Shown piece by piece: positions 19,155-28,617 of a stretch of DNA of 64,000 nucleotides. Made by a program: the position numbers and the translations under genes. Numbering within the stretch: the first letter of the stretch is position 1; each line of letters begins with the position of its first letter. The notes beneath the pieces were generated by a model that was given only the letters and a program-made list of their open reading frames with translations, was not told where the DNA came from and ran no database searches. Origin of the DNA: Candidatus Rokuibacteriota bacterium (lineage in GTDB: Bacteria; Methylomirabilota; Methylomirabilia; Rokubacteriales; DASRDR01); assembly GCA_044867785.1 (NCBI GenBank), contig JBIOVM010000175.1, positions 9,091-73,090 of the forward strand, written 5' to 3'.

Positions 19155-20240
19155 ATGCTGTCGTTCGGCTTCGCGCGGCTGCCCCTCACGTGGTGGGCGC
19201 TCCTCACGCGGACCGTCAAGGAGTTCGTGGCGGACAACGGGCTCGGCCTGGCCGCGCAGCTGGCCTACTACTTCTTCTTCGCCCTCTTTCCCGCGGTGCT
19301 GGTGGGGGTCGCCTTCGCGAGCTTCTTCCCGCTCGAACACTTCGTGGACCGCATCGTCGGCACGCTCGGTGGCATCGTCCCCGGCGACGTCATCGGGATC
19401 CTCCAGGATCAGGTGCGGAAGATCTCGGAAGGCAACAACGGCGGGATCCTGACCTTCGGACTCCTCGCCGCCCTCTGGAGCAGCTCGGCCGCCCTCGTGG
19501 GGCTGATCGACGCGCTGAACCGCGCGTACGACATCGAGGAAGGCCGCCCCTGGTGGAAGGTGCGCCTGCTGGCGATCGGCCTGACGCTCGCGCTGGCGGT
19601 CTTGATTCTCGTCGCGTTCGCCCTGGTCCTCGTCGGTCCGACGGCCGCCGAGTACATCGCCCGGGTGACCGGCCTTGGCCCGGTCTTCGCCTGGACCTGG
19701 AAGATCCTCCAGTGGCCGGTGGTGCTGGCGCTCGTGGCAACGGGAGCGGGCTTCCTCTACTACTTCGCCCCCGACGCCGAGCAGGAGTGGGTCTGGGTGA
19801 CGCCGGGCGCCGTGCTCGCGGCGGCCATCTGGCTGGCCGCGTCACTCGGGTTCAAGTACTACGTGGCGAACTTCGCGACCTACACCGAGACCTACGGCGC
19901 CCTCGGCGGCGTGATGATCCTGCTCCTCTGGTTCTACCTCTCCGGCGTGGTGATGCTGGCGGGGGCCGAGCTCAATGCCGAGATCGAGCACGCGTCGCCG
20001 TACGGGAAGGCGGCCGGCGAGAAGGTGCCGGGCGCGAAGCGGGCAATCGGCGCGCTCGCCTACCGGCGGTACCTAACCCGGCCCCCATCGCCCCCCCGTC
20101 CGGCGCCCGCCGCGCTCCCGTCCCCGACGCCGGATCCCGCTCCGGGGACGCTCCGACGCGCCGTCGCGGCGATCGTCGCCGGGGTCATCGTCTTCCGGGG
20201 CAGTTCGAGGCCATCCGGCACGTCATCGACACGCACGTGA
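19155..20240 (+). CDS. YihY/virulence factor BrkB family membrane protein
   Basis: LAAQLAYYFFFALFP, ALNRAYD, YGALGGVMILLLWFYLS..GAELNA. Confidence 0.92.
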   Translation: MLSFGFARLPLTWWALLTRTVKEFVADNGLGLAAQLAYYFFFALFPAVLVGVAFASFFPLEHFVDRIVGTLGGIVPGDVIGILQDQVRKISEGNNGGILTFGLLAALWSSSAALVGLIDALNRAYDIEEGRPWWKVRLLAIGLTLALAVLILVAFALVLVGPTAAEYIARVTGLGPVFAWTWKILQWPVVLALVATGAGFLYYFAPDAEQEWVWVTPGAVLAAAIWLAASLGFKYYVANFATYTETYGALGGVMILLLWFYLSGVVMLAGAELNAEIEHASPYGKAAGEKVPGAKRAIGALAYRRYLTRPPSPPRPAPAALPSPTPDPAPGTLRRAVAAIVAGVIVFRGSSRPSGTSSTRT

Positions 20241-20357
20241 CGGGCACCGTGTGCCTGATCCGCAAGGCCGAGCCATGCGGGCACGGGGCCCGGGACGCAT
20301 CCTGATCCCCGGGTCGATCGCGCGGTCCATGCCGGCACCTATCAGGCCGTCTACAGC
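20198..20357 (+). pseudogene. Internal fragment of an SDR oxidoreductase
   Basis: Across frames: FEAIRHVIDTHVTGTVCLI, MRARGPGRILIPGSIA, GTYQAVY (truncated at the catalytic Tyr). Confidence 0.65.
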
Positions 20358-20365
20358 CCGATCCG

Positions 20366-20461
20366 GCCGGTTACGACATCTTTCTGACGAAACCTGTGGA
20401 TGCGGTGGAGCTGAGTACCATCGTGAGCCGCTCTGGGCGCCGGCCGACGGAAGGCGAATAG
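20366..20461 (+). pseudogene. C-terminal stub of a response-regulator receiver domain
   Basis: AGYDIFLTKPVDAVELSTIVSR..* with no upstream REC sequence. Confidence 0.6.
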
Positions 20462-20618
20462 GCAGACGACAGGGCGTGGGACTGCCTGACGATGCTCGAG
20501 CACCTCGAGGAGGCGAACTCTATCGGAGGCGGTCGAACTCCTCCAGAGAGCGGCCGAGTTGGCGGAGGATCTTGTAGAAGAGCCGAGCAGCGGGGAGGCA
20601 CCCGGGTGCCGGAGCGCA

Positions 20619-21533
20619 TCATCCGCGAAGTTCTAGGGCGGTCCGATGGCGCCGGGGGGCGATCGCGATCCTCTCGCCGGTCGGCAAGGGGCTGCTCGGG
20701 GGAAGCGGGCAGTTCCGGCACAACGCGTACCGATCGCGGAAGCCCGCCTCGAGATCCCTGACGAGACGCACGTGACGCTCGGAGAACCACAGCTCCTCCA
20801 GGGTGTTCCGGTGGATGCTGCCCAACCCGAAGGCCCCGTGCGTGTCCTCGCAGCAGTTGCAGATTTCGCCGTCCCACTGGACGATCATCCGGATCAGAGG
20901 ACGCCGACACGGGGCGTTCGGGAATCTGAGGTCCGGGACGCTCATCCGGGCGTCGGTCGGCACCAGGGCCCGTGGGATGGCCATGCTCGCGCCCCCCTGG
21001 CTCCCTCGCCGGCCGATGGCACTGAAGTCGAGCCGAGGGCAGGTCAGGCGCGCTCGCCAGAATCGCTTCTCGGCTTCGAGCTCCTCGTCCGAGCCGTAGT
21101 CGTAGAGCCCGACGACGACGTGCTCGTAGACCGCGCTCACCTCGCGGCACAAGGGGGCGTTCCGCCGCAAGGCATCGCCGTTGGTGTGGAGCCACGGCAC
21201 GAGCCCGCGTCGTCGCGCCTCGCGAGCCAGGCTCACGTTGCGCGGATCGAGCAACGGCTCGGAGTAGTGATGGAAGCCGACAAGGCCTCGGAACCCGAGC
21301 GTCCGCGCCTGATCCAGGATGTCCAGGATCGTGTCGGTGGGCATCGCGCGGATCACCGGTCCCCCCGAGGGATCGAGGTACTTGCCCGTGCGGTCGTAGG
21401 TGCGTGGGCAGAACCAACAGGACCGGTTGCAGTTGGACTGCGACTCCAGGCAGAGCTGCTCGAAGAGCGGAATCGCGTCGCGCGTCATGGGCGGCGTCCC
21501 GCGGGGCTCGCCGGCACCTCGCGACCCCGCCAT
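20619..21533 (-). CDS. Radical SAM protein with SPASM/Twitch domain
   Basis: CNRSCWFC (CX3CX2C), YSEPLLD, LHTNG, CRRP..MIVQWDGEICNCCED..GSIHRNTLEELW..CRNC; GGAG RBS before 21533. Confidence 0.9.
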   Translation of the reverse strand: MAGSRGAGEPRGTPPMTRDAIPLFEQLCLESQSNCNRSCWFCPRTYDRTGKYLDPSGGPVIRAMPTDTILDILDQARTLGFRGLVGFHHYSEPLLDPRNVSLAREARRRGLVPWLHTNGDALRRNAPLCREVSAVYEHVVVGLYDYGSDEELEAEKRFWRARLTCPRLDFSAIGRRGSQGGASMAIPRALVPTDARMSVPDLRFPNAPCRRPLIRMIVQWDGEICNCCEDTHGAFGLGSIHRNTLEELWFSERHVRLVRDLEAGFRDRYALCRNCPLPPSSPLPTGERIAIAPRRHRTALELRG

Positions 21534-21633
21534 GTCTCCTCGCCGGCCTCGTCCGAGCCGGAGCAGGCCCGCGCGAGCCGCGTCTCGTCCGGACCGGGGG
21601 TGGGCACGGCCAGGACGTCGGCCAACGGGACGG

Positions 21634-22320
21634 TCATTCCGCGCGCCCTCGCCGGCGGTCGAGGTGTCGCTTGACCAGCTGCGTGTAGTCGTCGCGCTTC
21701 TGGCGCTCCCGGCTCATGTTCATGGCGTGCAGCCGCCGCCGGACGAGCACTTCGGCGAGGACGTCGAACACGACGCGCCGCTCGCGCGCGCGGATGAACC
21801 AGTCACGGCAGGCGCCCGTCCTCAGCTCGGGATCGTACGGGCCCACCCGCGTGAAGACTTCGCGGCGGGCCAGCATGGCCGGGCTGCAATATCCGGGCAG
21901 GGGCTCCAACGAAGGTCCCGCGAGCGGGTCGGTCCGGTTGCCGTCCTCATCGGCCCAGAAGTTCTGGATGTACGTCACGTTGGCCTCCGCCTCGGCTCGT
22001 GCACGAAGGCGGTCGACCTGGCGCGCGATCTTTTCCGGGAGCCACACGTCATCGGCGTCGAGGAAGGCGATGAGGTCACCCCCGGCGGCGGCGATTCCCC
22101 GGTTACGGGCCGCCGCGAGGCCGGCATGCGGCTGCTCCACGCACCGTACTCGAGCACCGAACGCGGCGATCACGTCGCGCGTCCCATCGGACGACCCGTC
22201 GTTGACCACGACGACGTCCAGGGGCCGGTACGTCTGTCGGAGCACGCTGTCCAGGGCCTCGGCCAGATAGCGCTGGCCGTTCCAGACCGGCACGATGCAG
22301 CTGACCAGCGGTGCAGTCAT
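21634..22320 (-). CDS. Glycosyltransferase family 2
   Basis: VSCIVPVWNG, VVNDGSSD, ARNRG, FLDADDVW; ATGA overlap with the upstream gene. Confidence 0.92.
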   Translation of the reverse strand: MTAPLVSCIVPVWNGQRYLAEALDSVLRQTYRPLDVVVVNDGSSDGTRDVIAAFGARVRCVEQPHAGLAAARNRGIAAAGGDLIAFLDADDVWLPEKIARQVDRLRARAEAEANVTYIQNFWADEDGNRTDPLAGPSLEPLPGYCSPAMLARREVFTRVGPYDPELRTGACRDWFIRARERRVVFDVLAEVLVRRRLHAMNMSRERQKRDDYTQLVKRHLDRRRGRAE

Positions 22321-23483
22321 CGGGGCCCCGTCGCCGCCGCGGCCTCGGGCGAGGACGGCACCAGCCGTGTGTACAGCGCGTCGAAACTCGCCGTGCACCG
22401 CGCGAGGCCGAAGCGGTCACGCGCGCGCTCGCGAGCGGACCGGCCCATGCGCCGGGTCCGCTCAGGATGCGCGAGAAGATCCAATACCGCCCGCGACAGG
22501 CCTTCGACGTCGTCCTTGGCGGCCAGCCGACCCGTCTCTCCGTCGGCGACGACCTCGGCGAGCCCGGACACCGCGGTCGCCACGACGGGCCGCCCCATCA
22601 GCGCCGCCTCGATGGCCACCAGCGGCAAGCCCTCGCGGCGGGACGGCATCAGCACGAGCGTGGCCCGATTGATCACGGCCGGAACGTCTTTGGGAGCCAC
22701 GGCCCCGACGAAGCGGACTCCCTCGCCGAGACCGAGCTCACACGCCTCGCGCTCGAGACGCGGGCGCTCCCCCCCGTCGCCCGCGACCACCAGGCGGACG
22801 CCGGGCACGCGCCGGCGAACGTTGGCGAGCACCCGAAGGGCCACGTCGAACCCCTTTTCCGGCACGAGACGACCGAGGCAGAGGATGCGAGGAGGCTCGA
22901 AAGTCAGTTCGGCGGGAGCCTCCACGGGCTCCCTGACGGCATTGGGGATGACCGAGCTCCGTCTTCGCACCGAGGGGAACGCCTCGGTCACCTGGGCCAG
23001 GACGGCCGCGGATACGCTCACCACCCACGCCGCCTGATGAAGGACGCGCCGCAGCATCGAGCCCTGGCCGGAAGCCTGGCTCGCCAGCAGCTCGCCGTGA
23101 AGGTGGACGAGCAGCGGCACCGCGCGGGTCGCGGGGGACGACAGCGGCAGGAAGTAGGCACTCGGGCCGACGGGGCTCAGGTGGATCAGGTCGGGAGCCA
23201 TTTGCTCGACGAACGCGGCGACCTCACGCCGCAGTCCGGCGATGGCGCCGGTCGATCGGGACGCCACCGCGGGCCGGAACGGGAACCGATGGACGGGGAT
23301 GCCGCGATGATCGTCGCGGTCGGGGAGGCTGAGCCAGTCGTGCGAGGTCACGACCACGAACTCGTGGCCCTTCGCCCGCAAGGTCGGCAGGAGCTCCGCC
23401 GCCATCGTCTCGTTTCCGCCGATGTAGGGTCGGAAGAGCTCGGACCAGAACAGGACGCGCACGCCGCGAGGGGGGCCCATCAT
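22317..23483 (-). CDS. Glycosyltransferase family 4
   Basis: VLFWSELFRPYIGG, LGRLVPEKG, PSRREGLPLVAIEAA; ATGA overlap. Confidence 0.92.
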   Translation of the reverse strand: MMGPPRGVRVLFWSELFRPYIGGNETMAAELLPTLRAKGHEFVVVTSHDWLSLPDRDDHRGIPVHRFPFRPAVASRSTGAIAGLRREVAAFVEQMAPDLIHLSPVGPSAYFLPLSSPATRAVPLLVHLHGELLASQASGQGSMLRRVLHQAAWVVSVSAAVLAQVTEAFPSVRRRSSVIPNAVREPVEAPAELTFEPPRILCLGRLVPEKGFDVALRVLANVRRRVPGVRLVVAGDGGERPRLEREACELGLGEGVRFVGAVAPKDVPAVINRATLVLMPSRREGLPLVAIEAALMGRPVVATAVSGLAEVVADGETGRLAAKDDVEGLSRAVLDLLAHPERTRRMGRSARERARDRFGLARCTASFDALYTRLVPSSPEAAAATGPR

Positions 23484-24559
23484 GCGGCCACCCGGTCCAG
23501 GATCTCCTGTACGCGCCCGGCGATCTCCGTCAGATCGCGACCGAGATTCAGTCGATACGCGGGGATCCGGTCGACCAGGGTGGCGAGCGCCTCCGCCCCC
23601 GCTCGGCCCGGGCTCGGGACCCACGCGAGGAGGGAGCTCTGGACCAGCATCCGGAAGGCCTCGGCCTTGCCGAGGGGTGATGAGCAGGTCCGCGATGCGG
23701 TGGCGAGGCGAGGCAGCACGATCGCCCGCAACGGGACGCTCCGCAGCAGGCGGATGCCCGGCACCCGGCTCAGCAGGACCAGGGCCTTCGGCTCGGCCGG
23801 CGGGCGCCCCGGGAGGGCGTGCCCGGCGAGGCGGCCGAACCGCTCGAGGTCCTCGGGGGCTATCCGGCTCGAGCCATACACGCTGTGCCCGGTGAAGCCG
23901 CCGCCCGGCGCCTGCTCGACGGCCACGAGATCGTCACCGAGATAGGCGAATCCGGCCTCGACACAGAGGAGCGCACAGGTCGTCTTGCCCACGCCTCCGC
24001 CGCCCGCCACCAGCATGCCCTTCCCCTTGGAGGCGACGAGGGCGGCGTGGACCGCGTGGACGCCGCGGTCCCTGAGCCAGATGGAGAGGAGCGGTGTGAA
24101 AGGCTTCGCCCGCTCGCAGAGCGGCAGGCCGGCGGCGTGCGCGTAGCATGCCACGACGTGCGGGCCGCGACGGTCAAGCCATGCGAGGGCCTCGCCGCGC
24201 TCGAAGGTCAGGTGACGATCCGCCGCGGCCGTCGTCAGCATCCCCCCGTCACAGGGGCGGGCACTGTCCCCGTGGACCCATCCGTGGCCGGCCCGGCGCC
24301 CCGCGCGCGGGCTGGGGATCCCCGTCGCCCCGGCGTCCCAGACGTCGGCGTGAACTGCGGGTGGCTCCTCGCGCTCCGGCTCGGACCGCAGGTGAGAGAA
24401 GACAGCGTCCAGGCTGCGCGCAAGCTCGGCACCGACGACCCGGAGCCGCGTCGGCGCCCCCGCGATGACGTAGTCCTGCACGACCAGCTGAGCCGCCGGT
24501 GCCTCACGCGCCCGCCGGAAGCCATCGGCGAGGTGCCCTTGGGCCTCGGCGGCGTTCAT
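23480..24559 (-). CDS. HPr kinase-like P-loop kinase
   Basis: VHAALV...GMLVAGGGGVGKTT...YLGDDLVAV (HprK-type His, Walker A and DD motif); ATGA overlap with the PqqD gene. Confidence 0.85.
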   Translation of the reverse strand: MNAAEAQGHLADGFRRAREAPAAQLVVQDYVIAGAPTRLRVVGAELARSLDAVFSHLRSEPEREEPPAVHADVWDAGATGIPSPRAGRRAGHGWVHGDSARPCDGGMLTTAAADRHLTFERGEALAWLDRRGPHVVACYAHAAGLPLCERAKPFTPLLSIWLRDRGVHAVHAALVASKGKGMLVAGGGGVGKTTCALLCVEAGFAYLGDDLVAVEQAPGGGFTGHSVYGSSRIAPEDLERFGRLAGHALPGRPPAEPKALVLLSRVPGIRLLRSVPLRAIVLPRLATASRTCSSPLGKAEAFRMLVQSSLLAWVPSPGRAGAEALATLVDRIPAYRLNLGRDLTEIAGRVQEILDRVAA

Positions 24560-24972
24560 TCCGTTGGCTTGAGCGATGGCATGGGCGGGTCGAGCGCCAA
24601 CAGGTCGGCCATGTCCCGATACGCGTGAAGGAGGGGGGCGGTGTACTCGCCGGCCCCGAACCCCGGCACGGTGATGGACGGGCGCGGGTGGGCCTCCGCC
24701 TCGGCGACGAGCAATTCCTCGCGGACCAGTTCGGTCACGAACCGCCCGACGTCTTCCCCCGCGCGATCCCGGGACAACCCGAAGTGCTCGGCCACCTTCG
24801 TGACGATGTCGCCCAGCGACGTCCCGGACTCCAGGAGCTGCCACACGACCGCGGCCGAGCCTTCGGCGCTGTAGTATCGGCCGCTCTGGAGGTGGATCAT
24901 GACGGCTTCCCCGTCGAGTACCGACGCCGCCACGGTCTCGGGACACCGGAACCGCCTGGTGTCATCCAGCAT
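24556..24972 (-). CDS. PqqD-family RiPP recognition element with C-terminal leader-like tail
   Basis: VLDGEAVMIHLQSGRYYS..GSAAVVWQLL...DVGRFVTELVREELL (RRE), then YTAPLLHAYRDMADLLALDP. Confidence 0.9.
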   Translation of the reverse strand: MLDDTRRFRCPETVAASVLDGEAVMIHLQSGRYYSAEGSAAVVWQLLESGTSLGDIVTKVAEHFGLSRDRAGEDVGRFVTELVREELLVAEAEAHPRPSITVPGFGAGEYTAPLLHAYRDMADLLALDPPMPSLKPTE

Positions 24973-26077
24973 GCCCTCGCCTCCTCTTCAACGACGCATA
25001 GTGGTCGAGATAGGCATCCACACATGCCTTCCACGGGAACACGGTGCGGGCTCGGGACCGAGCCTCCTGACCCATCGCGAGCAATCGTGCCGGATCGGAC
25101 AGGAGCCGGACGACGGCCTCGACGAGCTGCGCGGGCTGGTCCGGCTCCACCAGGACCCCAGTCCTCTCGGGCTCCACGACTTCGACCAGCCCGCCGACCC
25201 GCGCCGCGACGACCGGGCGGCCCATGGCGGCGGCTTCGAGAGCCACGAGCCCGAAGGCCTCGGCCCGCGATGGGACCAGGACCAGGGACGCATGATTCAG
25301 GAGCGCGGGGACGCCGGCAGGGGGGACCGGCCCCCTGAACTCCACGCAATCGTCGATCCCGAGTCTCCGCGCCTGCGCGCGTAGCGGGCCAGCCTCGGGG
25401 CCCTCTCCCGCCACGACGAGTCGGGCCGCGGGCACGAGCTGCCGCAGCGCCACCATGGCGGCGACGGCGACGTCGAACCCCTTCACGCGCACGAGGCGTC
25501 CGACACAGAGCAGCGTCGGCGGCTCGATCGGCACGGGCGTGGCCTCGGCCCACTCGATCCCGTGATGGACGACGGACGAGCGGGCCGGCACGATGGGCGC
25601 GATCGCGGCCGTCTCCCGGAGGACGGCGTGTGAGACGCCGACCACCCAGTCGGCCTGCGTCAGCACGCGCCAGAGAAGGGTTCCGGGCGAGGGGCGATGC
25701 CGGATCCACCCGTGGATCGTGACGAGGGTCGGCGCGGGCCACGCCTCGCGGGTGACGAGATGATAGAAGACACTCGGCCCCAGGCTCGACAGGTGGACGA
25801 CGTCGGGCCGAAACGCACGCTTGAATCCGGCGACGGCCTCGCGGATGGCGAAGACCCGCGCGCGATCGGCCCCGGCCAGCGATTCCCAGAACGGGAAGCG
25901 ACAGACCGGCGTCGATCCGTCCTCGACGCGGCACCGATCGTCATCGTTCGGGTCATTCCCCGTCAAGACGCGAACCTCGTGATCGCGCTCCGTCAGGGTG
26001 CGGACGAAGCGCGCGCCCCAGACCTCCGCCCCCCCGATCGCCGGGGCAAAGGCTTCCGACCAGAACAAGACCTTCAT
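24962..26077 (-). CDS. Glycosyltransferase family 4
   Basis: MKVLFWSEAFAPAIGG, VGRLVRVKG, PSRAEAFGLVALEAA; paralog of 22317-23483. Confidence 0.92.
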   Translation of the reverse strand: MKVLFWSEAFAPAIGGAEVWGARFVRTLTERDHEVRVLTGNDPNDDDRCRVEDGSTPVCRFPFWESLAGADRARVFAIREAVAGFKRAFRPDVVHLSSLGPSVFYHLVTREAWPAPTLVTIHGWIRHRPSPGTLLWRVLTQADWVVGVSHAVLRETAAIAPIVPARSSVVHHGIEWAEATPVPIEPPTLLCVGRLVRVKGFDVAVAAMVALRQLVPAARLVVAGEGPEAGPLRAQARRLGIDDCVEFRGPVPPAGVPALLNHASLVLVPSRAEAFGLVALEAAAMGRPVVAARVGGLVEVVEPERTGVLVEPDQPAQLVEAVVRLLSDPARLLAMGQEARSRARTVFPWKACVDAYLDHYASLKRRRGHAG

Positions 26078-26596
26078 GGGGCGGCAGGGAGGCGCGCTGT
26101 GGGATGTCGGCGACGGCCCGGGCGCGGCACCACGGCTCGACCCCTACGGATCCGCCTCGAGCCGCATCCACACGCGCACGGAAGCCCCGGCTATCGGGTG
26201 CAAGACCGGCGTGACATCACTTCAGGACAGGCGACCGATGACACGTCATGCCCCGAGTCCTGGGATCGCAGCAAACCAGCCGATTCGCGACGTCGGCGAG
26301 GGTTCGCCGACGCCACACGAGCTCGGACGACGTTTCCGCGTGGTTTCGGTTCCCGTTCGACCAGAGGCCACGGGGCCCGTAGATCTCCGTGCCGCCCCCT
26401 TACCGATCACACACCGAGAAGGCTCGGTGAAGTAGAGCAGGAAGAAGCGGATCTCTACAAGGCCGGGCCCCCCGTCCCCCGTCGGCCTTGGGCTGCACCC
26501 CGCTCGATGCGGCTGCACGATAGCGCGTCGCCAGCGGGGCCGGCAAGGGTCTCCGGAGTCGCGCAGGGCTCCCACCGCACGCGGCGCGGGTGACCG

Positions 26597-28414
26597 TTAG
26601 GAGCTCGGCCCGCCCGCGATCTTCTTGATCGTCCGCTCGGCGACCGCACGATTCGGGGGATCGGCCGCGACCACGTCCTGAAGGTCACGCACGGCGCCCG
26701 TGCTCGCCGGGGCCATGGCGCCGAGCGCCATCACGGCGGCAGCGCGCACCAGCTCATCCGGGTCCTTCAGGGTGCGCACGAGCGCGGGGACGGCGTCCGG
26801 CGCCGCGTCCCGGGCTCGCATGAGGGCGAGAGCGGCCGCCTGGCGCACGCTGGGGTGCGCGTCGGTGAGCGCGCGGCTCAGCATCCCGCCCGCCGCCGTC
26901 GGCGGGCCGGACGTGGCCAGGAGCCCGACGACGGCGCACTGCCGGATCCGGGCATCGGGATCGTCGAGCGCGTCAACGAGGACCGCCGTACCCTCCGGGA
27001 TCGCAAGCTTGGCGTTCAACAGCGTCACCGCCGCCGTCGTTCGAACGCCGCTGTCCGGATCCTCGAGCGCCCTCGTCAGCGCGGCGACCAGCTCGGGCGG
27101 CCACGGCGGATCGAGCATGGGCACGCTCGCGCCCCAGCGGCGGCGGCGCGGATCCGCGCTCAGGAGCGCCCGCACCGTGTCCGAGGATTCATGGGCCCGT
27201 GCCGCCGGCAGGAGTCTGGCGGCGTCGCGATCCTCGAGGCTCGCCTCCCGCATCGCGCGGACGAGCGTCGTCACGACCGCGTGATTGCCGGGGTCCGTTC
27301 TCAGCACGCCCCACGCGGCGACGAGGCGGGCGAGAGGATCCGGATCGCTCAAGGCTTGGAGCAGCTCGGGCGGGGGGCTCTGGGCCGGCCCGTCCAGCAC
27401 CGTCAGCGCTCCAAGCGCGAAGAGTCGCGTGTCGCGGTCGGGGTTCTTCGTCGCGGCAACCAGCGCCGGTCGCGCGGGCGTGGCCGCCGCGCCGAGGCTC
27501 CCCAGGACCATCGCCGCGGCGCGGCGAACCTCCGGGTCGCGATGCCGCAGGGCGCCGGTCAGCCCGGGCACCACGTCCGTGGACGCCGGCCCGATTTGGA
27601 GGAGGGCCGCCGCGGCGTTCTGTCGAACCGTCGCGTCAGGGTCGCCCGTGAACGCGAGGAGGAGGGCCGGAGCGGCGCTCTTCGCTGCGGGACCCATCAT
27701 CGTGAGGCCCATGCTCCCCGCCCGGCGCAGCGTGACGTCGTTCGCCCTGAACGCCGACACCAGGACGGCCGTGACGGTCTGCGGCTCCTGCCGGGACGTG
27801 GCCATCGCGACCGCGGCCGTGAGCCGAACCTCCGGGTCGGCGTCCTTCAGGGCCGGCGCCAGGACGGACCCGACCGGCCCAGCGCCGCTCCCGGTGACCT
27901 GGGCGAGCACGTTCGCCGCCTTGCGCCGAACCGCGACGGTGGGCGAGGCGAGGTCCCGCCGCCATTCGTCCACGGTGCGGCCTTCGACGATCGCCGCCGA
28001 GAGCTGGGGCGGCAGGCTGGCGGCGACCGCTGGGGCGGACGGAGGCCGTGACCTGCGCGCCGGCGGTGGACTCCCGGCGCCGGGCGATCCCTTCGCGCTG
28101 GGCGCCGGAGCCGGCAGCGCTGACGCGGGTGGGGAAGCGGACGGGGCGGGAGCCGGGAGGGATGGCCCCTCGATCCGCACGACGTCGGCCTTCGGGATGC
28201 GCATGGTTCCGTTGTCGAGGACCATCTCGAGCTCGTCGCCCACCTCGCGCCAGGCCCGCACCTCCACCGTGCCGCCGCTCGTGACGTGGATGATAGCCGC
28301 GGGCGCCTGGGACGCGAGCAGGAGCCCGGTCAACGGGATCACCGTGCGGGCGAGCCTCTGGAGGACCGCGCGGTCGGGACGGGCTCGCCCGCTGGTGGCG
28401 TCGGGGACTCGCAT
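26597..28414 (-). CDS. Exported HEAT-repeat (PBS lyase-like) protein
   Basis: Signal peptide, Pro/Ala linker, roughly 10 repeats of LxDxDxxVRxxAAxAL. Confidence 0.85.
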   Translation of the reverse strand: MRVPDATSGRARPDRAVLQRLARTVIPLTGLLLASQAPAAIIHVTSGGTVEVRAWREVGDELEMVLDNGTMRIPKADVVRIEGPSLPAPAPSASPPASALPAPAPSAKGSPGAGSPPPARRSRPPSAPAVAASLPPQLSAAIVEGRTVDEWRRDLASPTVAVRRKAANVLAQVTGSGAGPVGSVLAPALKDADPEVRLTAAVAMATSRQEPQTVTAVLVSAFRANDVTLRRAGSMGLTMMGPAAKSAAPALLLAFTGDPDATVRQNAAAALLQIGPASTDVVPGLTGALRHRDPEVRRAAAMVLGSLGAAATPARPALVAATKNPDRDTRLFALGALTVLDGPAQSPPPELLQALSDPDPLARLVAAWGVLRTDPGNHAVVTTLVRAMREASLEDRDAARLLPAARAHESSDTVRALLSADPRRRRWGASVPMLDPPWPPELVAALTRALEDPDSGVRTTAAVTLLNAKLAIPEGTAVLVDALDDPDARIRQCAVVGLLATSGPPTAAGGMLSRALTDAHPSVRQAAALALMRARDAAPDAVPALVRTLKDPDELVRAAAVMALGAMAPASTGAVRDLQDVVAADPPNRAVAERTIKKIAGGPSS

Positions 28415-28617
28415 GGCGTTCCTTTCGGAGATGAGCGCGTCTAGCCTCGGCCGGGTCGCGCGAACACTCTCCCACAGGCACCGGCCGGGCTCGGGCGAAA
28501 TTCGGCGCGCAGGCGCCGGAAGCGGGGTCGCCTCCCACCTGGTCGCGGCTTCCCCCGGGACGGGCGGTCGACCGCGGCCGATGGGCCGGCGTCCGGCCGC
28601 GTCTCAGCCGCTCCCGC

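Noticed and set aside
26078-26596. Separate precursor peptide upstream of the RRE operon
   Set aside because: I saw no short ORF with an RBS and a YxxP leader; hairpins near 26290-26312 and 26412-26429 could not be assigned. The manual search was not exhaustive.
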